From contig CAVVCZ010000006.1 in the NCBI GenBank assembly GCA_963746845.1, positions 1 through 64,000 of the forward strand: 64,000 nucleotides of DNA, read 5' to 3'. The position numbers and the translations under genes were made by a program. Of the stretch, positions 1 to 10,385 are shown piece after piece (the stretch's first letter is position 1; every line of letters begins with the position of its first letter). The DNA comes from an uncultured Chloroflexia bacterium (GTDB taxonomy: Bacteria; Chloroflexota; Limnocylindria; Limnocylindrales; CSP1-4). The notes under the pieces were generated by a model that saw only the letters and a list, made by a program, of their open reading frames with translations, searched no databases and had not been told where the DNA came from.

Positions 1-3000
1 GGCCGGTCAGTTCCAAGTTGATCGACGGACGATTGTTAAGCGCCTTGGCCAGGGCGGCGACTTTAGTCTGAGCGGTTTGATTCAAGTTGGCGCGGCCGTT
101 GTCGAATTCAACATAACTTAACTCGTCGCCGCTGCCACTGCCGCCGCTGAACACCGCGCCGAGCAGAGAGAAGGGTGCGGTGACCGCCTTGGTAAGAATG
201 TTGACGATGATGCGCCAGATGATGCCACCGACGCTGAACTGCGGATCGTCCAGCGACCCGCTGATCGGCAGATCGATATCGATGACACCATCGCGGTCTT
301 TTAACAATGCCACGGCAAGCAACACCGGTAGTTTAGTGGCATCGGGGCTTTCGATTCTTTCGCCGAAAGTGAGCTGGTTTAAGATGATTTTGTTTTCGGC
401 GGTCAACCTGCGATTCTCAAGTTTGTATTTGACGTTGAACGAAAGCTTGCCTTTCTCGATGCCGTAGCCGACGTAGCGCCCCGAATAGGGAGTCATCGGG
501 CTCAGCTCGATCTCCTTGGCATCGGCGACGATGTCGAGAAATAAGTCTTTCGAGAGTGGGTTGAGCTTGCCTTTAATTTCGACCGGGGCGGCGTTGTCGA
601 GCCGGGCTTTGATATCTAGATCGCCGGGCGCTTCCGGTTTGAGCTCGGAAATCGTTCCCTGAACGCCGGTGAGATTAGCGTTGTAGTTGGGCTTGATGAA
701 AAGGTCGCTGAAGTCAATGTTGCCCGCAGTCAAGTTAATCTTGCCGATGGTAATCGCTTTCTCTTCGGCTGCGGCGGAGGGAGCCGCGGGTGCTGGCTTG
801 TCCGGTGTTTTTGCCTCCGGCGCTTTCGCCGTGGTTTTTTCCGGCGCCGGCTCGGCTTTCTTATCCTGGCTTTCGGGCGTGAGCTTTTGCAAATTCATTT
901 TGCCGTCGGCGCCGAGGATCAAGCGGGAGTAGAAATCGCCGAGATTGATTTCGCCGATGCTTAATTTGAAAGGTTCGAGGTTGAACTGAAGGGCGTTTAA
1001 GTTGAGCGATTTCCACTTGAGCAGGTCGTTGGAGTTGCTTTTTTCCACGGTCGCAAAGTCGGTGATGTCGACGCTGCCGTCGTAGTTGACTTTGGCCGGG
1101 CCGTCGCCGCTGGTATCAAAAATTAGATTACCCTTGGTGCCAATACTACCGCTGGTGAACAAGAAGTTAACTCGGTCCTCCACATAAGGCCAAAATGGCA
1201 GGACGTCAATCCCCTGAGCATCGACTTCCAGCCGGCCTGTAACGGGCCGAGTTCCCACAGTTCCGGCAAATTTCAAGGTCCCTTTGTCGTTGATTGTGGC
1301 TTGGAACGTCGCTTTGCCGCGCGACTTTTCCACGTTGGAAAAATTCTCGCCGCGTAGTGTTGTATTGGATACGACGATGCGCGCCGGTGCCGCCAGGGAG
1401 CGATCATCGTAAACAATTCTATAACGGTTGAAAGCGACGCGCTTAGTGAGCACGGTCCAGGACGCCTGTTCTGCTTTCACCGGCTGTTTGGTTGCGCTTT
1501 CAGGACCGCGCGTCTTGAGCAGGCGGGCGTAGCTGATCGTCCCGTCCTTTTCCCGTTGGACATAGCCGTTGCCATCCTGGGTTTCCACGGACCCAATAAC
1601 GACCGAACGCTTGCCGACGTCAACCGTGGTGTCTTTTACGGTCAGGAGCGGAACGCGCCAAAGGGGTTCGGATTCTCCCGGCACGTCCATGCGCAATGTT
1701 CGCAGCGCCGCGTTCAGCTCGGAAAGTTTTATCTCCGGCTCGTCCGCTTTCTGCGCGAAGGCAACCTGAGTCGTAAGGTCGAGAAGTCCGTCCTTGAATT
1801 CGACTCCGAGCAAGTCTTCGTAATACGGGCGGAGTTTCTTGAGTTGCAGTGCCCGGATTTCCAATTTGCCGTCTGCCAGCAGCGGCGTCAGTTGGACGGT
1901 GCCGGCGTGAGAGAATGTTTCTTTTGCGTCAGATTCAAACGACAGTTCGACATTGGCCTTTTTATCGGCTTCATTGCTGAGCCCCGTGACTTTGAGGCGG
2001 ACATTGTCGAGGCGTGTCTTGTAGGGCTGCTGCGGCTGTTCGTCAATGAAGTGGATCGTCGCGCCATCGAGGGCGAACTCCTCGATTTGATAGATGAACG
2101 GCTTGGCGTCGTCTTTTTTTGCCGGGGCCGGCTGGCTGTTGGCCGACGGCGTCACCAGATTGGCCAGGTTCAATTCGCCCTTGCGGTCGATTGCGACATG
2201 GACTTCGAGGCCCTGGGACTTCACCGACTTGAGCGCCAGCTTGCTGTTGAAAACCTCGAAGGCGCCGACCACGACATCGAAGTTGGGCAGCTTGAGCAGC
2301 GGCGCGGCGCTCGGTCTGCTGCATCTCCAGCGCGTTCACGTTGAGATCGCCGGACAGCGCCAATACCGGCCCGGTTTTCGGGCCCGACTTGAAGCTAGCG
2401 GTGACCTTGCCGTTGAGTTGTCCCGACGGCACTTTGAAATTCAGCGCCACCGGCGAGTATTCCAAATACTTGGCGATCTCCAGTTTGTCGAGTTTGATGC
2501 TCAGCGTGCTTTCGAGAGAGTCCTTAAAGGGGGTGGTCGAATCGCCGGTAAGGTGAAACGGCGCGCCGTTGATCATCGCTGAGAACTCCGGCTTGATCTT
2601 GATCTCGACATCGGCCGGCAGGCTCGAGATAAACGGCACGCCGATTTTGAGCGCCGTGATCGCGTGCTTGGTCTGTTCGGGCTGGTCGTCGAAATCGATC
2701 TTGCCGTCGATGATTTGGATGTTGTTCAAAGCGAATCTCGGCGTCGGTCCGGAGGGGCCGGACGTGAATTCGTCGATCAGGTCTTGGAAGTTGTATTTGA
2801 GATCCTGATGGCGCACCAAGTTGATATAGGGTTTCACCAAACGCAGCTCTTTGATCACCGGCGCCAGGCGAATCAGCGACCTGAATTCAAGATTGACGAA
2901 CAGCTCGTCGAAGGACAGTGCCGGCGTTTGGCCCTGCTTCTCCTGCATCAGGAAGCCGCGCACCGTGACGGTGAGGTTGTAGGGATTGATCCTGATCTGC

Positions 3001-3197
3001 TCGATGGTGACCGGGCGGTGCAGTGATTTCGATAGCTCGCTGGCGATCTTACCGCGCAGTAGCGGCGGCGCGGCCAGACCCAAGAGCAGGCCGAAACCGA
3101 CAACGATCGCGGCAAGCCAAATGGCGATCTTGCGGGTCCGCGGATGGCGAACGATGGCGGTGGTTTTTGTCCGCAGATCGGTAAGTTTTGACGCCAT
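1..3197 (-). CDS. DUF748-type (AsmA-like) large membrane-anchored protein, runs off the window's left edge; frameshift near 2310
   Basis: N-terminal TM segment (IAIWLAAIVVGFGLLLGLAAP), repeated beta-rich modules, C-terminal LAVALLKDRDGVIDIDLPISGSLDDPQFSVGGII motif read on the minus strand at ~220-330. Confidence 0.8.
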
Positions 3198-3285
3198 GGC
3201 AAACTTCGTGAGGATGAATTGCCGCGAGCTTATCGCAAGGGGTATGGCATGTCCATCGAACGTGCCGAACTAAATTATGTTGATA

Positions 3286-3725
3286 TTAACCGCCGGTGTC
3301 GATGGTCTCCAACATGGCGATGTAAGTGCTTGGCATGTGCCAATGATGCGCGCCCTCGAGGATCAAGCGTTTGTATTCGGGATTGGGCAGCGGGACATTT
3401 TTCTCGATGGCGGCGACGTAGACCAATACTTGCAGCGGATGACTGCCGTTGTCCGGCGCGTAGACCGATAAAATCTCGCGGTGGTAGCCGTCTTCGAAGC
3501 CGTCCATGACGTCGAGATCGGCGTCGAGACATCGTACACTGCGCCCCAGACTTCCCGGCCGGCGACCGCGCAGACGTTGGCGGTGCCGCACTCGCGCAGG
3601 CGCGAGTGGCGGGTGATGCCAAATTCATAGTCGGGCAGCTTGGCGATGGTGACGAACTTCGTCGAAGGGCAGCGCCGCTGCATTTGCGGCCAATGCAAAT
3701 TCGATCCGTAAGCGAAATAGTACAC
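3286..3725 (-). CDS. gamma-glutamylcyclotransferase family protein (frameshift ~3530)
   Basis: MYYFAYGSNL motif; downstream frame gives LDVMDGFEDGY...PNPEYKRLILEGA. Confidence 0.85.
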
Positions 3726-3970
3726 GACAGCCTCACCTCCCGGTTAAGCGGCGATATTAAGGAAAGATTTTATTGCGCACAAGCTGTCGGAAATGCTCGC
3801 GGGTTACCAACTTCAATCGGCCTAAGCATCAGTGATGCGCTTAGGCCGATTTTTTTTCGCCGGCATAGGTATCGTTGCAAGCTGTCATTTCGCGCGCAGC
3901 GAGATATCTTTCCTGAGCCAAGCCAACCAAGCGTTGACGAACTCGGTGCGGTTCGATACTTGATCGTCCC

Positions 3971-4923
3971 ATGACCAAACTCAAAATCACTTTGGCCCTG
4001 GGCTCCTATGACCGGCACGCGCCTTTGCTCGAAGGCTGCATCCAACACCCGGATATCGACATCGAATATATCGAGTGCGACCCGCAGCAGGGGCGCCATG
4101 AGCGGTTCCTGCAACATTTCGAATTCGACGCGGCGGAACTGTCCTTTTCTTCGTACTGCATCGCCGTCGATCAAGGCATGCCGGTGCATGCGGTGCCGAT
4201 CTTTCCGCGCCGGCTGTTCAGCCAGTCGCAAATGTATAAGAACGTTAACTGTGGCATCGCGACGCCGAAGGATTTGCTTGGTAAGCGTATCGGCTTGAGC
4301 GGCTATCAGAATACTCTAGGCGTGCGCGCCAAGGGCGACCTGACGCATTTTTACGGCGTCGATCGAAAGTCGGTGACTTGGATCACGCCAGGTAAAGAAG
4401 TGGTCGATGTCGAGTTGCCCGCCGATTTGAAAATTGAAAGTCGCGGCAGCATGGCCGAGATCGAGCAGGAATTTGTCGACGGCAAAATTCAAGCGATGTT
4501 CGTGTCGCGCCTGCCCAAGCCCTTCCGCGACGGCAACAAGAACTTGGCCCGGCTGTTCGCCGATCCGCAAGCCGAAGAAGAACGCTACCTGCGCGAAGAA
4601 GGCTACTTCCCGATCATGCATGTGCTTGGCGTACAAAAAAGAGTTGGCCGAGAAACATCCCGAGCTGCCGCGCGCGCTTTTCGATGTCTTTGAACAAGCC
4701 CGCGCCCGCGCCACGCAGCGCTGGGTCGATCCCAACTGGTCCATGGTGATGTGGGGCAGGAAAGAGCTGGAGCGGCAGAATAGCGTTGTGCAGCTTCGAT
4801 CCGTGGAGGAACGGTCTAGAAGCCAACCGCAAAAACATCGAACGCTTCGCGCTCTACAGCCACGAGCAGGGCTTGACCAAGCGGCGGCTGACGCCGGAAG
4901 AGTTGTTTGTGGGGATCGAATAA
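3971..4923 (+). CDS. 4,5-dihydroxyphthalate decarboxylase-like / PBP2-fold protein (frameshifts ~4630, ~4790)
   Basis: LALGSYDRHAPL, FDAAELSFSSY, PIFPRRLF, FPIMH motifs; C-terminal EQGLTKRRLTPEELF in another frame. Confidence 0.75.
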
Positions 4924-4925
4924 GA

Positions 4926-4997
4926 ACGTTTCGAGTTTGATGTTTCGGGTTTAGTGTTCACGTCCTTCGGACAACTGAATACTGATAACTGCCGACT
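4926..4997. repeat. degenerate 7-mer microsatellite patches between convergent genes
   Basis: gtttcga/gtttgat/gtttcgg/gtttagt and actgaat/actgata/actgccg. Confidence 0.55.
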
Positions 4998-6295
4998 CCC
5001 GCCGCGGTGGCTTTGCCAACAGCACCAAGAACGCTGAAGTAAACAGCGCACAAGAAAAAATCGTGAACGATAGATCGTAGCTGCCGGTGCGGTCGTGCAG
5101 GAAACCGAAGAACGGCGCGCCGCTGGCGGCGAATAGATGCGAGAACAGCATCGATAGGCCGCGCACGGTGCCGAGGGAATTCCGGCCGAAGAAATTGGCC
5201 CAGATCACTTCGCGCAAGACGAAGCTTCCCGCCAAGCCGGTGCCATAGAGAAAAAAGCCGATATAGGTGACATGAATTTGCCGACTGGTGATGGCGGTGA
5301 TCAGGCCGATGCCTTGAATCAGGAACTGGATACAAGAAACTTTTCGGATATCGAATTTGTCGGCGAGCATGCCCCAGACCAGTGTCGAGCCCAGTTGCGT
5401 GATCGCGATGGTGCTCATGAACGAGGCGGCGACGAGCGGTGAGTGGCCGATGTCGGTGACGTAAGAGAAAATGTGGAGATTCAAACCGGCGATGCCGACG
5501 CTGGCGATGCCGAAGGTGATGACGAGCACCCAAAATGTCGGTAACCGAATAGCCTGGGCACGAGTCCACACCGTTTCGTCAGAACTTTGTGCCGGTTGTT
5601 TTCGGCGGTCGTCGGTTCTGGATTCTCGCGGCTCTGCAATGGCGGCCAGGCGGCGGATCGCCATCTGGGCGGAGTCCTAAGTCTTCGGGTTGGCGGCGCA
5701 CGAAGATCAGCGCTGGGGCGACAACTAACAGCGGCGCGATGATGCCGAAGATCGCCCAGGTGTAGCGCCAACCGACGAGCACGAACAGCGACGCGGCGGC
5801 GATCGGGATGCTCAGCTTGGCGACACCGGTGCCGAGGTTGGCGATGCCCATGGCGCGGCCGCGCTTGCGCACGAACCATTGGGCGATGGTGACGTTGATC
5901 ACCAGCGAGCCGAGCAGTGCTTCGCCGGCGATGACCAACGAGCAGCGCACGACGACGAACTGCCAGAAACTCTGCACCAAGCTCGAAAGCAACAGCCCCG
6001 CGCCTTCCATGAGCACGCCCAAGACGAGCACGCCACGCCCACCATGACGGTCGATCCACGAACCGAGCATGGGCACGATCAACGCGGCGACGCCGATCTC
6101 GAAAGTACGAATCAGCGAAAATGCGCCGCGAGTTACGCCAAGCTCTTCGGTGATCGGTTTGAGAAAAATGCTCAACGTGCTGGAAAAGGCGAAAGTGCCG
6201 GCGATGTTGACGAGAATGCCGACGGCAACGATGTACCAGCCGTAGAAGAAACGGGGCTGAATGGCGGAGCCATCCGTCTTGTGACGTGCGGTCAT
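4951..6295 (-). CDS. MFS transporter (frameshift ~5650)
   Basis: FFYGWYIV start, GSWIDRHGGR motif A, two 6-TM halves in adjacent ORFs 5579-6295 and 4951-5664. Confidence 0.85.
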
Positions 6296-6405
6296 ATTTG
6301 CAGCTGACGCCCGTGGTGTCTATTGACTGGCTATAGCGTTTGGGGGAAGTTCTCCGAACCCTGTAGGATGCGGTGAAGTTCAGGACAGTGAAATAGGCGG
6401 CAAAT

Positions 6406-7476
6406 TTACTTTGCCGCTTGTGGAACCTGTCGCAGTAACTCCGCTAAATGATGCTTCCACCACTTCGCTCTGCCGACTGTGCCGTGGCCGGCGGTTTCGT
6501 CGCTTGCCGGGATCAGCATATATTGGCCTTGCTTCACGCGCTTGATCTCGCGTTCCATGATTCCTAGCTCGGGCGGATTTCGTTCGTCGTCAGCAGAATT
6601 GATGGCGAGCAGGCGAGCTTTGATGCTCTCCAGTTTGGGCGACGGATTATAGTCGCGGGCCGACTCGTACTGATAAATCACATCGTTGGCGTCGGCCCTC
6701 GACGTTTGCGCTAGGCGCTGGTTCACCTGCTGATCGGCTTTTTCCCACGTCGGCGCCGCCTTTTGAAGTGCCTGGCTGCCGCCGTTGGTGGCGATGCTAA
6801 AATAGGTTTGCGCCAACTGTAAGCTGCGCGGTTGTTTGGTGTAGTTGCCGCCGTTCCACTCCGGGTCGCTGCGGATTAATTCGATCATCATGCGGCGGGT
6901 CATCCAGTTGCGGCCAGCCACCTCGACCGGCATGCACGACATGGGTACGAGCGCGTCCATGAAATCGGGAAACATCGTGCCCCAGACCCACGTGAGCATC
7001 CCACCGCCAGATGTCCCCATCACCAATCGCAGCCGCCGCATACCGAGATGCTCCGTGACCAAGCGGTGCTGTGCCCGGACTAGGTCGTCGGAGTTGTAGC
7101 GGGGAAAGTTCGTCCGCAACCCATTGGATGGCTTGGATGATTTTCCGGCGCCGATAGCGTCTGGAATAATAATGAAATAACGCTTTGCGTCGAGAGGCTG
7201 TCCAGGACCGAACAGTTCGCCGGCGAAGTTGTTGTTAAGAAAATTTTCTCCGGTTGCGCCCGTGCCGTGCAGGATCAACACCGGCTCGCCCGATGGATCG
7301 CCGACGGTTAAGTAACTTAACTTCAGCTCTGGCAACACCTCGCCGGTGTGAAAGCGAAAATCGCGCACTGTCCAGCTTGCTTCTTTTGGCGCAGGATAGT
7401 CGGCGGCTGGAAGAGAATTAGTGATGAAAAAACCAAGCAGGCTGAAAATAACGATCGAGAGTCTACTGGATATCAT
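6406..7476 (-). CDS. secreted alpha/beta hydrolase, homoserine acetyltransferase-like family
   Basis: Signal peptide, DFRFHTGEVLPEL, GTSGGG nucleophile elbow, SADDERNPP, TAGHGT; GGAGG RBS. Confidence 0.85.
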   Translation of the reverse strand: MISSRLSIVIFSLLGFFITNSLPAADYPAPKEASWTVRDFRFHTGEVLPELKLSYLTVGDPSGEPVLILHGTGATGENFLNNNFAGELFGPGQPLDAKRYFIIIPDAIGAGKSSKPSNGLRTNFPRYNSDDLVRAQHRLVTEHLGMRRLRLVMGTSGGGMLTWVWGTMFPDFMDALVPMSCMPVEVAGRNWMTRRMMIELIRSDPEWNGGNYTKQPRSLQLAQTYFSIATNGGSQALQKAAPTWEKADQQVNQRLAQTSRADANDVIYQYESARDYNPSPKLESIKARLLAINSADDERNPPELGIMEREIKRVKQGQYMLIPASDETAGHGTVGRAKWWKHHLAELLRQVPQAAK

Positions 7477-7826
7477 ACGGCCTCCTTGTTTTAAAACTGA
7501 ATGCTTTTGATCTCCCACCAGTTACCATTCAAATCCGCAAACAGAAATGACGCTTAATCATTGGATTCACTCACTGCTTCAAGCTCGCGCAGCCTTGGTG
7601 AGGTAAGGATTGGGTTGCGCGCACGTCAGCGCCGGCGCGGTGAGCAGGGCGAGAGACCCGGCGAAACACAAACTTTGCGTCCGTGCAGCGAATGGTTTCA
7701 TGGTTTAACCTTGACTCGATAAGACAATAGTCGGCCATGCGCTGTCAACCGGTTCGCCGTGCGGCTTGAAATACTTTCCAGACCGCATTAACAATGGCGC
7801 GACTCATAGACTCTGGGAGACGATTC

Positions 7827-8903
7827 ATGCTGATTCTATCCAATGACGACATCGAAAAAATTCTTCCGGTGGGCGCTTGCCTCGATGTGCTGGAAGAAGC
7901 CTATCGTGATCTTGGCAACGGCATGGCCGCAACGGTGCCGCGCTACGATGTTTTCAGTCCGACGAAACCCGGCGAGTTCTATGAGTACAAAACCATGAGC
8001 GGCGTGCTGCCCAATCGCGGCATCGCCGCGCTGCGGCTCAACTCCAGCGTGGTCAAGTGGTACGAGAAGGCGGGCGGCGTGCGCAAGGACAAACTGCCGG
8101 TCGCAGGGGGCGACCGCTACGTCGGGCTGGTGATGCTGTTCAGCACCGAAACCGGCGAACCGTTGGCGATTTTCCCCGATGGCTATGTGCAGAAATTGCG
8201 CGTTGCCGGCGCCAGCGCAATCGCCGCGCGCTACCTGGCGCGCAAGGATTCAACCACGATGGCGTTGCTCGGCTCGGGCTGGCAGGCGAGCGCGCATCTC
8301 GTCACGATGGCGATGATCCGTGATTTGCAACAGGTCCGAGTCTTTAGCCCGACGCCTGAGTCGCGTCGTAAGTTCGTCGAAGAATGGCGTGGCAAGGTGA
8401 AAGCGGAATTGATCGAGTCCATCAGCGCCGCCGAAGCGATCAAAGACGCCGACATGGTGATCTGCACGACCAACTCGATCTCGGCATTGTTTCCTGGCGA
8501 TATCTTGGAGCCGGGCATGCATGTGTCGTGCGTCAAACCCTGCGAGCTCGATGCATTGACTTACCAGCGCTCCGACCCGCTGATCATCCACTGGCGCGAG
8601 GCGAAACCGTTTCAGATCACCATCGGTGTCGATCCGCACTCGATCCCCGATATTGCCGAGGGCTGGCCCCACCCGATCACCCGCGAAGACACGGCGATCT
8701 GGGATCTACCGACGATCTCGCAGCTGGTCAATGGCCAACATGGCGGCCGCAGCAGCGACGAAGCGATCAGCTGTTTTTGTAACAACGTCGGCCTAGGTTT
8801 GCAGTTCGCCGCCGTCGGCAGCGAAGTATTGGCGCGGGCGCGGGAGGCGCGAGTCGGTCGGGAGATTCCGACGGATTGGTTTTTAGAAGATGTGCATCCT
8901 TAA
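7827..8903 (+). CDS. ornithine cyclodeaminase / mu-crystallin family protein
   Basis: LFSTETGEPLA, RVAGASAIAARYLA, GSGWQA Rossmann motif, GLGLQFAA. Confidence 0.88.
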   Translation: MLILSNDDIEKILPVGACLDVLEEAYRDLGNGMAATVPRYDVFSPTKPGEFYEYKTMSGVLPNRGIAALRLNSSVVKWYEKAGGVRKDKLPVAGGDRYVGLVMLFSTETGEPLAIFPDGYVQKLRVAGASAIAARYLARKDSTTMALLGSGWQASAHLVTMAMIRDLQQVRVFSPTPESRRKFVEEWRGKVKAELIESISAAEAIKDADMVICTTNSISALFPGDILEPGMHVSCVKPCELDALTYQRSDPLIIHWREAKPFQITIGVDPHSIPDIAEGWPHPITREDTAIWDLPTISQLVNGQHGGRSSDEAISCFCNNVGLGLQFAAVGSEVLARAREARVGREIPTDWFLEDVHP

Positions 8904-8904
8904 T

Positions 8905-8939
8905 TTTCGTTCAAGGTTCAAAGGTTCAATGTTCAAGGT
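8905..8939. repeat. gttcaag-type 7-8-mer tandem repeat
   Basis: gttcaag gttcaaag gttcaat gttcaag; a related patch at ~23926-23943. Confidence 0.6.
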
Positions 8940-8946
8940 CAGAACA

Positions 8947-9933
8947 ATGCCAATGATCCATTTAGCCTTTGTCATTTGGCTCGCCGTATTCAACGGGGTT
9001 ATTACCGCGCAGACGATCAAGCTTAAAGTCGCTTATCCGACGACGGTCGGTTCGATGGCTGTGGTTTGGGTCGCCAAAGAGGCCAAGCTGTTTGACAAGC
9101 ATGGACTCGATGTCGAGCTCATTTATGTCGCGGGCAGCTCACGTGTTGTCCAAGCAATGCTCGCCAAGGATATCCCGATCTCGGAGATCGCCATCCCCGC
9201 GGTGATCCAGGCCAATCTCGCCGGCGCCGATCTGGTGATGCTCGCCGGGCCCAATCACAAACCGGGGCAGAAGATCATGGTCAAGCCCGAGATCAAACGG
9301 CGGGAGGATCTCAAGGGCAAAAAAATCGCTATCAGCCGCTTCGGCACATCGGACGATTTTCTTCTGCGCTATGTGCTCGGTCAATGGAATCTTCAGCCCG
9401 ACCGTGACGTAGCGCTGATCCAAATGGGCGGCTCGCCGGAAACGCTCGCGGGCTTGGCGGCGGGCGCTGTCGATGGCGGCTTGCTCGCTTCGCCGCTCCA
9501 TCTCCAGGCTGCCAAGTTCGGTTTCAGTTTGCTCGCCGACCTGAGCACCCTCGGCGTCGACTACCAGGGCGCCGGTGTCGTGACGACCCGTTCGTACATG
9601 CGCGAGGCGCCGGACACGGTCCGCCGTTATCTGCGCGCTTACGTCGAAGGGCTGCACCGATTCAAAACCGACAAAGCCTTCGCGGCGAAAGTTATCGGCA
9701 AGTATTCGCGCATGACCGATGCCGACGCTTTGGAGGAAACCTATCAGCACTATGCCGTCAAAGTGATGCCGCGCGTGCCGTACCCGACAATCAAAGGCAT
9801 TCAAATGGTTCTTGACGAGATCGGCACACGCACGCCCAAGGCCAAGAACCTCGCGCCGGAGAGTTTCATCGATGTGAGTTATTTGAAGGAACTGGAGCAG
9901 GGTGGGTTTATCAAAAAGCTTTATGGGGATTAG
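8947..9933 (+). CDS. ABC substrate-binding protein, NMT1/SsuA-like
   Basis: Signal peptide, KHGLDVELI, DLKGKKIAISRFG, FIDVSYLKELEQGG. Confidence 0.88.
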   Translation: MPMIHLAFVIWLAVFNGVITAQTIKLKVAYPTTVGSMAVVWVAKEAKLFDKHGLDVELIYVAGSSRVVQAMLAKDIPISEIAIPAVIQANLAGADLVMLAGPNHKPGQKIMVKPEIKRREDLKGKKIAISRFGTSDDFLLRYVLGQWNLQPDRDVALIQMGGSPETLAGLAAGAVDGGLLASPLHLQAAKFGFSLLADLSTLGVDYQGAGVVTTRSYMREAPDTVRRYLRAYVEGLHRFKTDKAFAAKVIGKYSRMTDADALEETYQHYAVKVMPRVPYPTIKGIQMVLDEIGTRTPKAKNLAPESFIDVSYLKELEQGGFIKKLYGD

Positions 9934-10162
9934 AATCGTTAAGAACGAACGAGAAGAATTCAATCATAGGTTTCAACGCGGCGATTGAATTTCTGCTGAT
10001 TTCAGGAGCGGTTCACGCCCAGCCGGCGCCCACGGCCGCCAAAAAACTTGACGGTCTGCCGTCATGCTTGGAGATTTTGCCGAGCAAGGCCGTTAGATTT
10101 GTCGATCGCTGTGAGTGTAACTTTGAATCAATTTATTTTTTTTACGTCGCTCAATTATCTTA

Positions 10163-10191
10163 TTGACAGAGAAAAGCCACTTTCGTAAACT
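10163..10191 (+). promoter_or_regulatory. strong sigma70-type promoter with AT-rich upstream element
   Basis: TTGACA (10163-68), 17 nt spacer, TAAACT (10186-91); A/T tract at ~10125-10145. Confidence 0.8.
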
Positions 10192-10223
10192 AACGATCAG
10201 CAGGGAAAGGAGGTGGTCCAGAC

Positions 10224-10265
10224 ATGATTGATTTAAGTACTGGCTGTGAGGTGGCTGAGACTTAG
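10224..10265 (+). CDS. 13-aa small ORF MIDLSTGCEVAET
   Basis: ATG at 10224 and TAG at 10263-65, preceded by AAAGGAGGTG Shine-Dalgarno. Confidence 0.6.
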   Translation: MIDLSTGCEVAET

Positions 10266-10333
10266 GCTCTAGGCGGCGACTCTGAATGGAGATTCGGGCC
10301 TAGAGCCTGAGAATCTCCCTCAGCCACCGCAGT

Positions 10334-10385
10334 GGCCCGCTGCACCGGTCGCGCAAGCTGCCGAGTGTAGCGGGCCTTTTATTTT
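10334..10385 (+). terminator. intrinsic terminator
   Basis: ggcccgctgcac/gtgtagcgggcc stem followed by ttttattttt. Confidence 0.8.

Larger units (their letters stand above)
10198..10385 (+). ncRNA. candidate structured small RNA / mini-mRNA of unknown family
   Basis: Own promoter and terminator; stems 10250-59/10319-28 (10 bp perfect) and 10261-74/10298-311 (14 bp, one G-U); mismatches are G-U compatible on the + strand. Confidence 0.65.

Noticed and set aside
10206-10221. Fragment of a 16S rRNA gene on the minus strand
   Set aside because: The match ends after 16-17 nt and the flanks do not continue as helix 45/44 sequence
10198-10385. SRP RNA, 6S RNA or attenuator leader
   Set aside because: No SRP helix-8 GGAA motif, the 5' and 3' ends do not pair as in 6S, and no co-oriented downstream gene exists
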